A stretch of DNA of 64,000 bases from a virus. Lineage: Duplodnaviria; Caudoviricetes. The first letter of the stretch is position 1; each line of letters opens with the position of its first letter. A model generated the notes under the pieces. The model searched no databases. It was not told the DNA's origin and saw nothing but the letters and a program-made list of their open reading frames with translations. Positions 8,719 through 19,364 of this stretch are shown here, piece after piece. The position numbers were made by a program, and so were the translations under genes. The stretch lies in IMG/VR virus record IMGVR_UViG_3300009103_000025, positions 1,500 through 65,499 of that record. The stretch is one strand, 5' to 3'.

Positions 8719-9075
8719 ATGGCACACACCAGTTCAACAAAAGATTGGACAGATGCTAACGTGAGAAAAACACTCTCATGGCAAGCAGCTTTAACATCAA
8801 AGTTGCGAGTATATAAAATCAAAGTCACCTTTGGTGGTTCTGATGCATATGCAACCAACGGAGTGGCAGCTGATCTCAAAGAGAACAGAATTTCTACACT
8901 CGTTGCAGTGATTCCAGAGTATACGGACTCAGCATACAAAGTAGAATACGACAAAGCTAATGAAAAGATTAAACTCTATTCAGTAGGTGGTTCAGCTGGA
9001 GCAGTATTTGCAGAAGTTGCAAACTCAACAAGCATTGCAAACAAAGTTTGCGAATTCCTAGTCATAGGCTACTAG
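8719..9075 (+). CDS. Putative head decoration/cement protein
   Basis: Beta-rich 118 aa right after the MCP, with its own promoter and terminator. Confidence 0.6.
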   Translation: MAHTSSTKDWTDANVRKTLSWQAALTSKLRVYKIKVTFGGSDAYATNGVAADLKENRISTLVAVIPEYTDSAYKVEYDKANEKIKLYSVGGSAGAVFAEVANSTSIANKVCEFLVIGY

Positions 9076-9145
9076 AGTCCAAAACAGCCTCTTTTTTTTC
9101 TTTCAAAGGCATAATCCTTATATATTCGTGATTATCATATAATTC

Positions 9146-9412
9146 ATGGTAGAGTACAACCACGATGTAGTATCTTTTAACTCTGATACAACAATTAAAG
9201 CCAGTCATGGCGTTATTGTGAGTGTTTATGTAACAAAGACAGGTTCATCTGGTTCCAAAGTAGTCTTTAAAAATGGAGGCTCAAGTGGCACAACAGAGTT
9301 CAGTATATTTGCAGAACAACAAGGAACATACGTCGGAATTAACAGACGTTTTGAATCTGGTATATATGCAGATATCACAGGTGACGCTGAATATACAGTA
9401 GTTTACAAATAG
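9146..9412 (+). CDS. Small virion structural protein
   Basis: Beta-rich 88 aa ending FESGIYADITG; position in the morphogenesis module. Confidence 0.6.
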   Translation: MVEYNHDVVSFNSDTTIKASHGVIVSVYVTKTGSSGSKVVFKNGGSSGTTEFSIFAEQQGTYVGINRRFESGIYADITGDAEYTVVYK

Positions 9413-9452
9413 ACGTGAATATCTTTAAATATAGTGACTCAATAAGACTTAT

Positions 9453-10088
9453 ATGGCAACTACATATTGTTCAGTTGGAGATGTTTCTGATTTCCTCAGG
9501 GTTCCTATTACCAGTACTAGTACACCTAATAAGAAACAAATTCAGAAAATAATCAATCGTAAAGAAGATGAAATAGACAGACGTATTGGTCATGCTTGGA
9601 GAAGTAAAAAAGTAACAAGAGAAGTTCATGATTTACCATTATTATACACTTATGGATGGGGTACACCTATATTTTTACAACATAGAAATATTTATGATTT
9701 TGATACAGACCAAGGAGATAAAATAGAAATTTGGCAGGGTGCTAGTGCATCATGGGAAGATATTTTAGGAAATAGTTCATGGTATGATATTGAATATGAA
9801 TATGGTAGATTATACTTAAGAGGTTTCATATTTTCAATTTTGAGAAAAAACAGAGTAAGAGTAACTTACAGATACGGTGGAGAACAATTCGCTGGTGATA
9901 CAACAGTACCATCAGATATTCAAGACGCTGTAATTAAAATGACTGCAATAGAAATTCTCAATACAAGTTTCAGAATGGATGAACTCCCTACTGGTGGTAT
10001 GACAAATATATCGGAATCCAAAAGAAAGTGGGAGGAAGATATTGAAAAGTGTATCGAAAACAGAAGGGAGCTATTCGTGATACCATAA
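9453..10088 (+). CDS. Head-tail adaptor (gp6/gp15-like)
   Basis: N-terminal YCSVGDV; VRVTYRYG and VPSDIQDAVIKM motifs. Confidence 0.75.
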   Translation: MATTYCSVGDVSDFLRVPITSTSTPNKKQIQKIINRKEDEIDRRIGHAWRSKKVTREVHDLPLLYTYGWGTPIFLQHRNIYDFDTDQGDKIEIWQGASASWEDILGNSSWYDIEYEYGRLYLRGFIFSILRKNRVRVTYRYGGEQFAGDTTVPSDIQDAVIKMTAIEILNTSFRMDELPTGGMTNISESKRKWEEDIEKCIENRRELFVIP

Positions 10089-10717
10089 TGAAAATAGAAA
10101 GATACTTCAGAAAACAAGCAGTTAGATTATTTAACGAGGCTGGTTTTACTGCAAGTTTGAAAGGTAAAAAGGTAATGATTAATACACCAGTAGGTGTAAA
10201 GGACATTAGATTTTCAGAACCAGAATCAATGTTTGAGATAGTACAAAGATTTACTGCTTTATTCAAACCAAAAGAGAACCTATATGAAGAACCTCCAGAT
10301 GTAGTTGCAATGAATAAAAGTGGTCAATTCCCAGAAGAAAAACTACCAGAAGGTTATGCTAGATACGTTTTACCAGCAACATTCAAGCCAAACATAGCAA
10401 ATGTCAAGAAATGGGTTTCTCATCAAAAATTTGCTGGAAAGACAAATGAAGATTTAATTAATGAATATAATGAGAATTTTGGCAGATTAATAGAAAGACC
10501 ATTAACAAGAAAACAAAAGGATGAGTTAATAGATTCAATAGCCTATAAAATATCAAGAAAAATATGGTATGTAGGTAGAAGACCATCTGATATGACCGAT
10601 GTACAATGGAATACAATGACAAAGGCAATGAGACCAAGGGAAGGAAGTTATGGTACAAACGATACATGGACTAATTTTCCATATACTGAGTCTTATAAAT
10701 ATAGGAGTGGTTCATAA
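10088..10717 (+). CDS. Putative neck/tail completion protein
   Basis: TAATG coupling at both ends; IAYKISRKI segment; position. Confidence 0.55.
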   Translation: MKIERYFRKQAVRLFNEAGFTASLKGKKVMINTPVGVKDIRFSEPESMFEIVQRFTALFKPKENLYEEPPDVVAMNKSGQFPEEKLPEGYARYVLPATFKPNIANVKKWVSHQKFAGKTNEDLINEYNENFGRLIERPLTRKQKDELIDSIAYKISRKIWYVGRRPSDMTDVQWNTMTKAMRPREGSYGTNDTWTNFPYTESYKYRSGS

Positions 10718-11136
10718 TGGGTACAGCAAATTATGATGCAATTAATACAATAATCACAATACTTAATGATAATTGGACTGCTGGTAGGGTACCAAATATA
10801 GAAAAATCATGGGAAAAAAGAAGTGTGGGTTTTATTGATGATAGAAGAGACCAGATAATTATAACCCCAAAAGCAGAAGATGTCAAGTATTTCAGCCTTT
10901 ATGGTACAGACCATTTTCATGATGTAACTGTTGATTTTGACATAAGAACCTATCAAAATGATGATAGACATAATAATGTCGTAAAAGAGGCTATGAAGAT
11001 ATTAAAGGATAAAATTAGGGGTGGAGATGACTATGTAGATTTGAGGATTATAGCCTCATACACAAGAAACCAATATATGCGTAATATGTTCAATCATATA
11101 GTAACAGTTTCTCTCCGAAAGATGAATCCCTCATAA
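10717..11136 (+). CDS. Putative tail terminator
   Basis: 139 aa immediately before the tail tube gene. Confidence 0.6.
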   Translation: MGTANYDAINTIITILNDNWTAGRVPNIEKSWEKRSVGFIDDRRDQIIITPKAEDVKYFSLYGTDHFHDVTVDFDIRTYQNDDRHNNVVKEAMKILKDKIRGGDDYVDLRIIASYTRNQYMRNMFNHIVTVSLRKMNPS

Positions 11137-11171
11137 GAAATCTTTAAATACATTAAGCAGAATCAGTATAT

Positions 11172-12158
11172 ATGGTACGAACAGGTGCATATGCATACGC
11201 CAAATGGGGTTTAGAATCATCAACCTTCGCTGGCTCAGCTACTATTGACAAGTCATTTGGAGTAAAAACAGCTATTTCTGGCTGGACTTTATCAACCAAT
11301 AGACAACAATTAGGAGCACTTGGACAAGTAGAACCAGCCAAATACGCATACGGTACACAAAGTGGTACACTTTCAGTAAACTTTGTATTTGGAGATAAAA
11401 GTAGCCATGAATTATTTAACTGTTATTACCCAAGAAGTGGTTCAGCAGGCGCATATGTTTATGGTTCAGCAACTAGCAGTGGTCAGGGTCAAGCAAATAA
11501 AACATTTGTAGGAAAATCATTTTCTACAGAAATTGGATTTATAGCAGAAAACGCTGGTACTGATCAACACATTATCAGAACTCTAAAAGGATGTCTTTTG
11601 AACTCTCTAAACATAACAACAGCAATCAACGATGTAGTTAACTGTTCAGCAGATATTGCATACGGAGATGAAGATGCACCAAGTAATGGTGCTGGAGACT
11701 TTGACGGAATGCCAACTGATGCATCACAACCATTCACATTCGCACATGGTTCATTAAAAATTGGTGGTAACACAATAGCAGAAGTACAAGAAGTAGATAT
11801 TACATTTAACAACAATGGTGACCTATTATACCAATTAGGTAGTAACCAAGCAGTAACTGGTATAAAAAGAACATTAGATATTACTGGAAGATTTAAAGCA
11901 TCATGGCTTAACGATACACTATTAAGAGAAGTAATTAAACAATTAAAAGGTACAGCCTACAAAGAAGAAGTGGGTGGCTCACCAGAATTAGAATTATTCT
12001 TTACAAATGGAGCATCCAATCCAAAAACATTTAAAATAACTGGATATGGTTTAGGACTTGCAGACATTTCTATAACTGGTATTGAACCAGTAGAACCAGT
12101 TTTCGAAGAAATTAACTGGCAAATCAAAGCAGCTAAGATAGACGTAGACGACACCTAG
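11172..12158 (+). CDS. Major tail tube protein
   Basis: 328 aa, beta-rich, WGLESSTF N-terminus, own promoter; precedes chaperone and tape measure. Confidence 0.8.
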   Translation: MVRTGAYAYAKWGLESSTFAGSATIDKSFGVKTAISGWTLSTNRQQLGALGQVEPAKYAYGTQSGTLSVNFVFGDKSSHELFNCYYPRSGSAGAYVYGSATSSGQGQANKTFVGKSFSTEIGFIAENAGTDQHIIRTLKGCLLNSLNITTAINDVVNCSADIAYGDEDAPSNGAGDFDGMPTDASQPFTFAHGSLKIGGNTIAEVQEVDITFNNNGDLLYQLGSNQAVTGIKRTLDITGRFKASWLNDTLLREVIKQLKGTAYKEEVGGSPELELFFTNGASNPKTFKITGYGLGLADISITGIEPVEPVFEEINWQIKAAKIDVDDT

Positions 12159-12196
12159 ACGATAGGTTTATAAGTTAAAAGCATTCTTAGACACTT

Positions 12197-12568
12197 ATGG
12201 CAACAAAAAGTTTCGAGATAGATTGGATTAATGGTAAAGAAACTATAGAATATGATGATGATATCACATATGGAGAATTGGAGGCAATTCTTCAAGGTGC
12301 AATAGATTTATCAGATGTTTCAAAGCCTAAAGTCAATATCCCAAAATACAGATTTTCAATACTTATGAAAGTGTTGAAAAAAGCACCATTCCCAGTAGGT
12401 GATGCTGTTTCGATAAGAAATCTTAAATCAAAACAAGCAAATCAAATCATGAAGGAGGTCATGAAAGACTACCCTTTAGCGAAGTACTTAGGGGAGTGGG
12501 TGGAGAGTTTTACAGGCTCACTGAATCTGAACGAGCAAGATTCGGAATTTACTACGTCTGCGCCATAG
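12197..12568 (+). CDS. Tail assembly chaperone (G-like)
   Basis: Between tail tube and tape measure; contains a slippery heptamer. Confidence 0.75.
   Translation: MATKSFEIDWINGKETIEYDDDITYGELEAILQGAIDLSDVSKPKVNIPKYRFSILMKVLKKAPFPVGDAVSIRNLKSKQANQIMKEVMKDYPLAKYLGEWVESFTGSLNLNEQDSEFTTSAP
12472..12478 (+). other. Programmed -1 frameshift site C CCT TTA
   Basis: X XXY YYZ heptamer in the correct phase; the -1 frame is open to 12711. Confidence 0.75.
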
Positions 12569-12711
12569 AATTTGGCTGGGATCAAAAAACAGTAGACGCT
12601 CAAGACTCTAAGTATATAAAGAAATTATTAGCCGTGCTTAAAGAAGAAAGAGACAAAGAAAACAAGGCTATGAGTGCACGTCAATCCAAACAAGTAAAGA
12701 GGTTCATGTAG
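12478..12711 (+). CDS. Frameshift extension of the tail chaperone (GT-like)
   Basis: -1 frame SEVLRGVGGEFYRL...CAIEFGWDQKTVD, a typical GT C-terminus. Confidence 0.7.
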   Translation, partial: SEVLRGVGGEFYRLTESERARFGIYYVCAIEFGWDQKTVDAQDSKYIKKLLAVLKEERDKENKAMSARQSKQVKRFM

Positions 12712-12739
12712 ATATCTTTTTATATTGTGACCCTTATAA

Positions 12740-14449
12740 ATGAATATGAGTAGTCCAGAAGGAGATAATACAGATTTTACAGAGGTAAAAGACTTAGATA
12801 AGCTCTTCGAGATGCTTACTAAGACAATCGAAAAGTTAAACAAAAAACTCGATGATATGACCAAAACCACTGGTCAAGCAGCTACTGGCAATAAAGATTG
12901 GCACAAAACTCAGGCTCTTTTGAAGATTGAATTAGAAAAAGAACGTGGTAGACAGGTTAGAATGAATAAAGACCACGCTAAAGCATTATCTGAGGGTGGT
13001 AACCAGATGAAATTATTCACTGGTATGTTAACAAAAGGATTGCCTATCGGTGCAGCTTTTGGAATGTTAACTGGTAAGGCTGAAAAACTGGCTTTACAAT
13101 ATGAAGCAAATCAACAAGAATTAGCAAGTTTAGAATCATCATTAGAAAATTTGAATAAAAGATTAAATGACCCTGATTTAGACCCAAAAGAAAGAGGTAC
13201 TTTAGAAAGAGCAAAAGAGGGACTAGAAAGTAGAAGAGATACAGCACAAGGAAAAGTTGATGAATCTGGACAAGTAGCAGAAAAATTGGCTGGTGCCAAA
13301 GAATTCTTTGGAAAACATAAAATGGGTATGATGATAGGTGCTGGTTCAGCTGGAGTTCTTATAGGAATATTGAAGAAAGCATTAGATGCATCACCAATGT
13401 TTCAGCAAATTTACAAATTACTTAATTTTGGTATCATGATGATATTAAGACCAATAGGTGACTTCTTTGGTTTCTTAATGAGACCTATTATGATTATGTT
13501 ACTTAGAAAATTCATTATACCATGGTATACAAAGATGTACCCACAAATGATGAAATGGGGTAATGAGATTGGTACAAAATTAGCTGGAGCATTAACAGCA
13601 TTAGCTAATGGAGATATAGGTGGAGCATTCGCATCTTTATGGGGTGAAGTTGATTGGGGTCAAATAATCTGGGATGCAGTAAGATTAATGTCACCAGCTA
13701 TTGCAGCTGCTGACTTTATAGGAGGATTGTTTGGTGTTGGTGATAATACATGGACTAATGAATGGGGTAGAGAAGTAAGTAAGTGGTTTAAAAATGGATT
13801 AGCACAAGCTACCGTTGACTTTGATAATTGGAAATCATCTGTAGAAGAATGGTTTTCAGATGGTATATCAAGAACATATGCGAACTGGAATAAATTCTGG
13901 AGTAATATCTGGACATGGTTTAGTAATGGTATATCTGGTATAAGTGCATACTGGAATAATCTATGGGGTACAGTGTATGGATGGTTCTGGGGTGGAATAA
14001 ACTACATGCAAGATAATTTCAAAGGTATATGGGAAACTGTTTATAATTGGTTCTGGAATGGAGTTAATGGTATAGCAGCTGACTGGGGTAAGATTTGGGA
14101 TAATGTATTAGATTGGTTAAACCCACTATCAGCAAATAAATGGCAAGGTAAAAGTGGTACAAATCAACAAAATAATTCATCATCAAATAGTTGGAATCCA
14201 TTCACATGGGCTGAAGGTGGTCACATAACAGAACCTATAATGGGTATTGGTAGAAGTGGTCAACAATATTTAATGGGTGAAGCTGGAAATGAAACAGTAA
14301 TTCCAGACAAAAAACTAGGTGATATTGGTGGTACAAACATCACAATTAACATACAAAGTATGAGTGGTTCACAGCAAGACTTAAATAATCTAAGGCAAAC
14401 AATACTTAATGTGATGCAAGAGTCAAATACAAGGAGAGGTAGAGTATAA
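12740..14449 (+). CDS. Tape measure protein
   Basis: Helical; hydrophobic middle segments; Trp-spaced 11-aa repeats; C-terminal AEGGHIT..GEAGNE. Confidence 0.85.
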   Translation: MNMSSPEGDNTDFTEVKDLDKLFEMLTKTIEKLNKKLDDMTKTTGQAATGNKDWHKTQALLKIELEKERGRQVRMNKDHAKALSEGGNQMKLFTGMLTKGLPIGAAFGMLTGKAEKLALQYEANQQELASLESSLENLNKRLNDPDLDPKERGTLERAKEGLESRRDTAQGKVDESGQVAEKLAGAKEFFGKHKMGMMIGAGSAGVLIGILKKALDASPMFQQIYKLLNFGIMMILRPIGDFFGFLMRPIMIMLLRKFIIPWYTKMYPQMMKWGNEIGTKLAGALTALANGDIGGAFASLWGEVDWGQIIWDAVRLMSPAIAAADFIGGLFGVGDNTWTNEWGREVSKWFKNGLAQATVDFDNWKSSVEEWFSDGISRTYANWNKFWSNIWTWFSNGISGISAYWNNLWGTVYGWFWGGINYMQDNFKGIWETVYNWFWNGVNGIAADWGKIWDNVLDWLNPLSANKWQGKSGTNQQNNSSSNSWNPFTWAEGGHITEPIMGIGRSGQQYLMGEAGNETVIPDKKLGDIGGTNITINIQSMSGSQQDLNNLRQTILNVMQESNTRRGRV

Positions 14450-15480
14450 TGGTCAATCTATTACTTTATAAAAATTCATCAATGCATGAGGCATCTGGTA
14501 TACCAAAAACTTGGAGATACGAAATAAATAACTTAGAGAGTATTATGGTCTCATTAGATCAACCAGTATCACCTATGGCATTACCTCAAGAAGATGCTAG
14601 TGAGAATGTATTAGTAAAAATGGAGGGTAACACACAAACAGTAACTGTAAATTGGAAGGTAGCAGACTCATTTCCAAAACCTCAACAATGTAATACAAGA
14701 CTACTAACAAGTGGAATAAGCACAGACATAGAAGAATTTTATGCTGGTACTTCACCTTCTGCATCTTGGAGTGACGCTGTTTCATCTGATAGTGCTGGTA
14801 GAATAGTGAGTTGGTTACTAAGTACTTTTCAAGGAAAAGACCTTTCAGATAGATATTTCATAAAATTAGGTGAAGATGTAGACGTAATGGAGGGTTTCAT
14901 TACAAGAATTAATGCAAACATATCTGGTAATTCTCCAGTAGTTTGGGATGTAAGTATAACATTTATCATGGGTAATGTGATTTCAATTTATGAATCAGAC
15001 GCACCAAGTGAACCAAGAAATGTAGCAACATCAACTGTAAATGCATCTGGTGGTTCAAGTGGTACAAAGACAAGAATGATGGTTTCATGGTCAGTTCCAA
15101 GCGATTCGTCAAGCACAATTACAGGTTATGGTATATGGATAAAAGATGGAGAATCATCATATGGTGGTGAACCAGACTTTACAGTATCAGTTTATCAGGC
15201 AGCTGCAAGTCCTTCAAATACAAATACAGCAGCTAGAGATGCAGAAGTTCAAGGACATGTAACTGGTGGTTCTAATTATGAAGTATCATGGGGTGACCCT
15301 AATGCTGATAATACTGCATTCTTGAAAGATGACAGTTCTTCATATACAGACGCAGAATGGGATAAAGTTAAAGGAAAATCTTTATCGTCTGGAAAAGAAT
15401 ATTTCATAAAAGTAGCAGCTAAAAATATCGGTGGAGGATATGGCTTGAAGAGTAATGAAGTAGCCATTACGATGCCATAA
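14449..15480 (+). CDS. Distal-tail-like protein with FN3 domain
   Basis: Follows the tape measure; APSEPRNV..VSWSVP..ITGY..Y.IKVAAKN FN3 pattern. Confidence 0.65.
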   Translation: MVNLLLYKNSSMHEASGIPKTWRYEINNLESIMVSLDQPVSPMALPQEDASENVLVKMEGNTQTVTVNWKVADSFPKPQQCNTRLLTSGISTDIEEFYAGTSPSASWSDAVSSDSAGRIVSWLLSTFQGKDLSDRYFIKLGEDVDVMEGFITRINANISGNSPVVWDVSITFIMGNVISIYESDAPSEPRNVATSTVNASGGSSGTKTRMMVSWSVPSDSSSTITGYGIWIKDGESSYGGEPDFTVSVYQAAASPSNTNTAARDAEVQGHVTGGSNYEVSWGDPNADNTAFLKDDSSSYTDAEWDKVKGKSLSSGKEYFIKVAAKNIGGGYGLKSNEVAITMP

Positions 15481-17612
15481 TGAAAGATAGAGTAAGGTGC
15501 GTTGTTAATAACAAACCTATTGAATTAATATCTGCACATGTTGAAAAGAATGGTACAAGGGCAATAGATTCTGGAAAATTTACATTTTCAAGAAAATCAG
15601 CAGTTGATAAACACGATGAAGTATTATACATTCAAGATGTAACAAACGTAAAATATCTTACTGGTGTATGGAATTTTGAATATAGCACTAGAGATGAATC
15701 TGGTCATAGTTTAGATGGTTTAGAGACAGATGCAGATAAAACAACATTTACTTATGTAAAAGATTGTGATGGTATATGCTTACAGGGTGGTGATATTAGT
15801 GGTTCTGAAAGAAAACCTCCAAAAATACCAGACCCAAGAGCAACAACATCCTCTGATTTTACTATTGATTTTAGTCAACAATTTGATATTTTGGCTCTTA
15901 TTAAAGGAGATGATTATCCTAGACAGACAAAGAATGGTATTTTTGCAAAAGGTGATGCAAGTAATAATATAGAATTATACTTCACTTCTTCTGTAAATGG
16001 TTCAAGTAATAATGACCCAAACTATGCAAGAGCTGACATAGAAATAGGTGGAACCACTGTAAGTTTAGGCTACGGTACATCAAATGCATCTGGAACCCAT
16101 ACAAATATCAAAGAGTATGGAGATGGAGGAGCCACTGGTGAGGGAGCAGCTAGAGGTAGATATTATTGGGTTAGATTATATAGAGACCAAAACAATTTAG
16201 TTAAACTTGAAGTAAATGGTAATCTTGAAGGCAGTGCAACAATAACTGGAAATCCAAATACAACAGAACCGATGTATTTAGGTGCTGATAGATCTGGTGC
16301 TAATGTTATTAATAGCAGAATGGCACAAGTTAGAATGTATTGTGGATATTATCTAACAGAAAATGAATATGATGATTTAGTAAAAGCCAGAATATCAACA
16401 GAAATATGTAAGTTTGGAGGAAATGTGTGGAAAATAGATGAGAAAACAACACATAAAGTAGTTCACTGTAAAGGTTTTTCTGACAAATTACATAATATAG
16501 AAATAAAAACTGGTGGAACCTACCCTACAAATACAAATGATAATGGAATAATGAAATGGACTACTGGTGATGCTGATATCATTAAAAACGAGTATAAGTC
16601 AAAAAGAGGGTATGAAATAATAGAAGATTTAATTAAAGTGTATAATCAATCTCTAAACAACTTAATAGTTCATACTGCCGATCAAAGTAAATGGGATGAG
16701 ATGTACAATCACTATATTGCAACTGGAACTTTATACGCCAATCTTTTATTATTATCTTTAAATGAAGCGTCTGACACATCATTTAAAATAACTGGTAGGG
16801 GTGTTTTATTATTAGAAACCGATGATATTGATGCAAGCCAAATATTATTTAGGCAGGGAGCTAGTGCAAGAATAAAGGATTTAGGTACAGATGATAGTAA
16901 TGTTATAACCCAATTAACTCTCATTTCTAGTAATATATTAAGGTCACATAAAAGAAAAGTAACAAGTAATGATTTTTCAACTGACGGTAGTTATTATACG
17001 TTAACCTCAAATAAATTAGTAGGTAAACCAATATCAACTAAAGTAACAAGAAATAGTAATAATTATGTACTCACACAAGCTGATCAGGGAGAGTCATTAT
17101 TTCAACATCTGAATTTTAGGGTTAATACCAACGATAAAAGCATAACTCTGGCTGGTGCACTTGATACATCATCAGATGGGTATGACATAGAATATACATA
17201 TGAGGATGTTAATGATTCAAGTAAGTTTTATACTGCCAGAGATGGAGATTATGCAACTTTAGGGCTTTATTCGAAAACATACCAAGTCCCACAATTTGTG
17301 GGTACTGAGGGTTTGGCAACTGTAGCAACAAGAATATTTGGTAAATTCGGAAAATTAAACAGACGTATAAGTATTTCGGTTCCACACCTAGCAAACCACG
17401 TAAGAGAAAACTATGAGGTTAAGGTAGAAGCACCTCAACATGGAATAACAACGCCTGAAACACTGTCAGTTATGAGTATAGAGTACTTTTACCCAGAAGG
17501 TAGGACAATAATTAATATAGGAGAGCACCAATTTGACGCATTTGACTTAGATAAAAGCTTCGGAGAGGCTATTTCTACCCAAAAATCACACATTGTTACT
17601 AATATGGCTTAA
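15480..17612 (+). CDS. Baseplate hub/tail tip protein with LamG-like insertion
   Basis: LEVNG..MYLGAD..MAQVRMY concanavalin-like motif inside a hub-like protein. Confidence 0.6.
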   Translation: MKDRVRCVVNNKPIELISAHVEKNGTRAIDSGKFTFSRKSAVDKHDEVLYIQDVTNVKYLTGVWNFEYSTRDESGHSLDGLETDADKTTFTYVKDCDGICLQGGDISGSERKPPKIPDPRATTSSDFTIDFSQQFDILALIKGDDYPRQTKNGIFAKGDASNNIELYFTSSVNGSSNNDPNYARADIEIGGTTVSLGYGTSNASGTHTNIKEYGDGGATGEGAARGRYYWVRLYRDQNNLVKLEVNGNLEGSATITGNPNTTEPMYLGADRSGANVINSRMAQVRMYCGYYLTENEYDDLVKARISTEICKFGGNVWKIDEKTTHKVVHCKGFSDKLHNIEIKTGGTYPTNTNDNGIMKWTTGDADIIKNEYKSKRGYEIIEDLIKVYNQSLNNLIVHTADQSKWDEMYNHYIATGTLYANLLLLSLNEASDTSFKITGRGVLLLETDDIDASQILFRQGASARIKDLGTDDSNVITQLTLISSNILRSHKRKVTSNDFSTDGSYYTLTSNKLVGKPISTKVTRNSNNYVLTQADQGESLFQHLNFRVNTNDKSITLAGALDTSSDGYDIEYTYEDVNDSSKFYTARDGDYATLGLYSKTYQVPQFVGTEGLATVATRIFGKFGKLNRRISISVPHLANHVRENYEVKVEAPQHGITTPETLSVMSIEYFYPEGRTIINIGEHQFDAFDLDKSFGEAISTQKSHIVTNMA

Positions 17613-17664
17613 TCATGACTGTAGACACAAAATCTTTAAATACTCCAAACTATCTTAGATTATT

Positions 17665-18405
17665 ATGAGAATCACAGAAAACTCAGTTGATGAGCGTATT
17701 GAGCAATTCAATTCTTGGAAAGATAAACTCCCAAACTATCATAAAAGAGGAGTAGAAATTAACAAAAATGACAATATTACAATCGTAAAAGGTACTTATG
17801 AAGATGATGGTACATATCACAAACAAACAATGTTTACTCATAACTTAGTAACTTCTGATGGAGATATTTACTACGCAAAGAAAATAACTCTTAAAAAATC
17901 AGATGGTACAGCATATGCAGATACCGATTTCTCAACTGATAAGATTTTATTCCATCACGACGGTTCAACATCTGTTGATTCTAGTACTGTACACGGCTGT
18001 ATGATTTTAGGAAGCGCAACAGTAACTCCTCACCAAGGAGATACATATGGAGCATCTGGTTCATCTGGAACCACATTCAGTTCTGGAGCATATGATGCAT
18101 CACACTCAAGCATTAATACTACTAAAGCATTAAGAAGCAACTATCCTCGTTTCAACGATGGCGATGCTGACAACACTGGTGGAGCAAACGACCAAGTAAC
18201 ATGGTCATATAATTGGGCTACTGGAGACTTTGATACTACAGGTGCCACTGACCTAAAAGGTGGTGTCATTGTAGATAGAAACAAAGTTGCAACCCCAGCA
18301 AGCACAGCAAAACTATTGTGTCACTTTAACTTTGCATCTGCCTTCGAAAAGACTGGAAACGATACACTGAAAGTATTCGTAAACCACACCTTCGAAGGAG
18401 CATAG
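17665..18405 (+). CDS. Virion fibre-associated structural protein
   Basis: HNLVTSDG N-terminal and FEKTGNDTLKVFVNHTF C-terminal strands; own promoter. Confidence 0.6.
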   Translation: MRITENSVDERIEQFNSWKDKLPNYHKRGVEINKNDNITIVKGTYEDDGTYHKQTMFTHNLVTSDGDIYYAKKITLKKSDGTAYADTDFSTDKILFHHDGSTSVDSSTVHGCMILGSATVTPHQGDTYGASGSSGTTFSSGAYDASHSSINTTKALRSNYPRFNDGDADNTGGANDQVTWSYNWATGDFDTTGATDLKGGVIVDRNKVATPASTAKLLCHFNFASAFEKTGNDTLKVFVNHTFEGA

Positions 18406-18410
18406 TCAAA

Positions 18411-18509
18411 ATGGGATTTAAATTCTTAAAACAACAAAAAGACAATCCAGACAGTAAAATACACACTGCTGAACAAGTGATTGTAAAAAAAGGAGTTAAA
18501 ATAGATTAA
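18411..18509 (+). CDS. 32-aa hypothetical protein
   Basis: MGFKFLKQQKDNPDSKIHTAEQVIVKKGVKID fills the gap between flanking genes. Confidence 0.45.
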   Translation: MGFKFLKQQKDNPDSKIHTAEQVIVKKGVKID

Positions 18510-18510
18510 A

Positions 18511-19362
18511 ATGGCACGTAAAGCAATTTATAAACACGCAACACAAGTAGATGCATCAGCATACCCTGACGATCCATCAGCACCAATCGGTACTAATGAA
18601 TGGAACGAAAACCCAGACCCAGCTGGAATGTTAGGATTTACAGCACAAACAGCTGCATCAGCAACAAGTGTAGCAGTAGCAAACTCTGTATTATCATTAA
18701 CAGGTTCAACAGATGTAGCAACTTTTGCAACAGCAGACACAGCAGAAAATGATTTACTATGGGTTACAACAACTGGTACAGTTACATTGAAACATGGAAC
18801 TGGAAACATTTACACAAAATCAGGTGCAGATTTAGACTTAAGTACAACAGAACCAGCAATTTTCATTAGAAAATCAACAAACTGGTATCAATATGGTGGA
18901 GCACCTACAGCAAGTCCTACATTCACAGGTACTATTGCTGGAGCAAGTATGACATTATCAGGTAATTTAACAGTAAATGGAGCAACTACAACCATCAATT
19001 CTACAACAGTAACTGTAGATGACAAAAACATCGAATTAGCTTCAACAGCAAGTCCTACAGACGCACTAGCAGATGGTGCTGGTATTACAATTAAAGCAAC
19101 CACAGATAAAACCATCACATACACAAACGCAACTGGAGACTTTGATATCTCTGAAAACGTAGACATTGCAAGTGGTAAGAAATTTAAAATTAACGGAAAT
19201 GATGTATTCAGTCCAATAGACTTAGACAGAGTAGGTTCAGCACCAGCAGACCCAAGTGCTAACAAATGTTTAGTCTATGTCAAACAAATTGACAGTAACA
19301 ACGACGGAATATTTATTAAGATTAAGAAAGCAGGCTCATATAACGAGGTACAGGTGGCATAA
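18511..19362 (+). CDS. Tail fibre protein
   Basis: GNLTVNGATTTINSTTVTVDDKNIEL...ADGAGI fibre motif; Thr/Ala-rich. Confidence 0.75.
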   Translation: MARKAIYKHATQVDASAYPDDPSAPIGTNEWNENPDPAGMLGFTAQTAASATSVAVANSVLSLTGSTDVATFATADTAENDLLWVTTTGTVTLKHGTGNIYTKSGADLDLSTTEPAIFIRKSTNWYQYGGAPTASPTFTGTIAGASMTLSGNLTVNGATTTINSTTVTVDDKNIELASTASPTDALADGAGITIKATTDKTITYTNATGDFDISENVDIASGKKFKINGNDVFSPIDLDRVGSAPADPSANKCLVYVKQIDSNNDGIFIKIKKAGSYNEVQVA

Positions 19363-19364
19363 AC

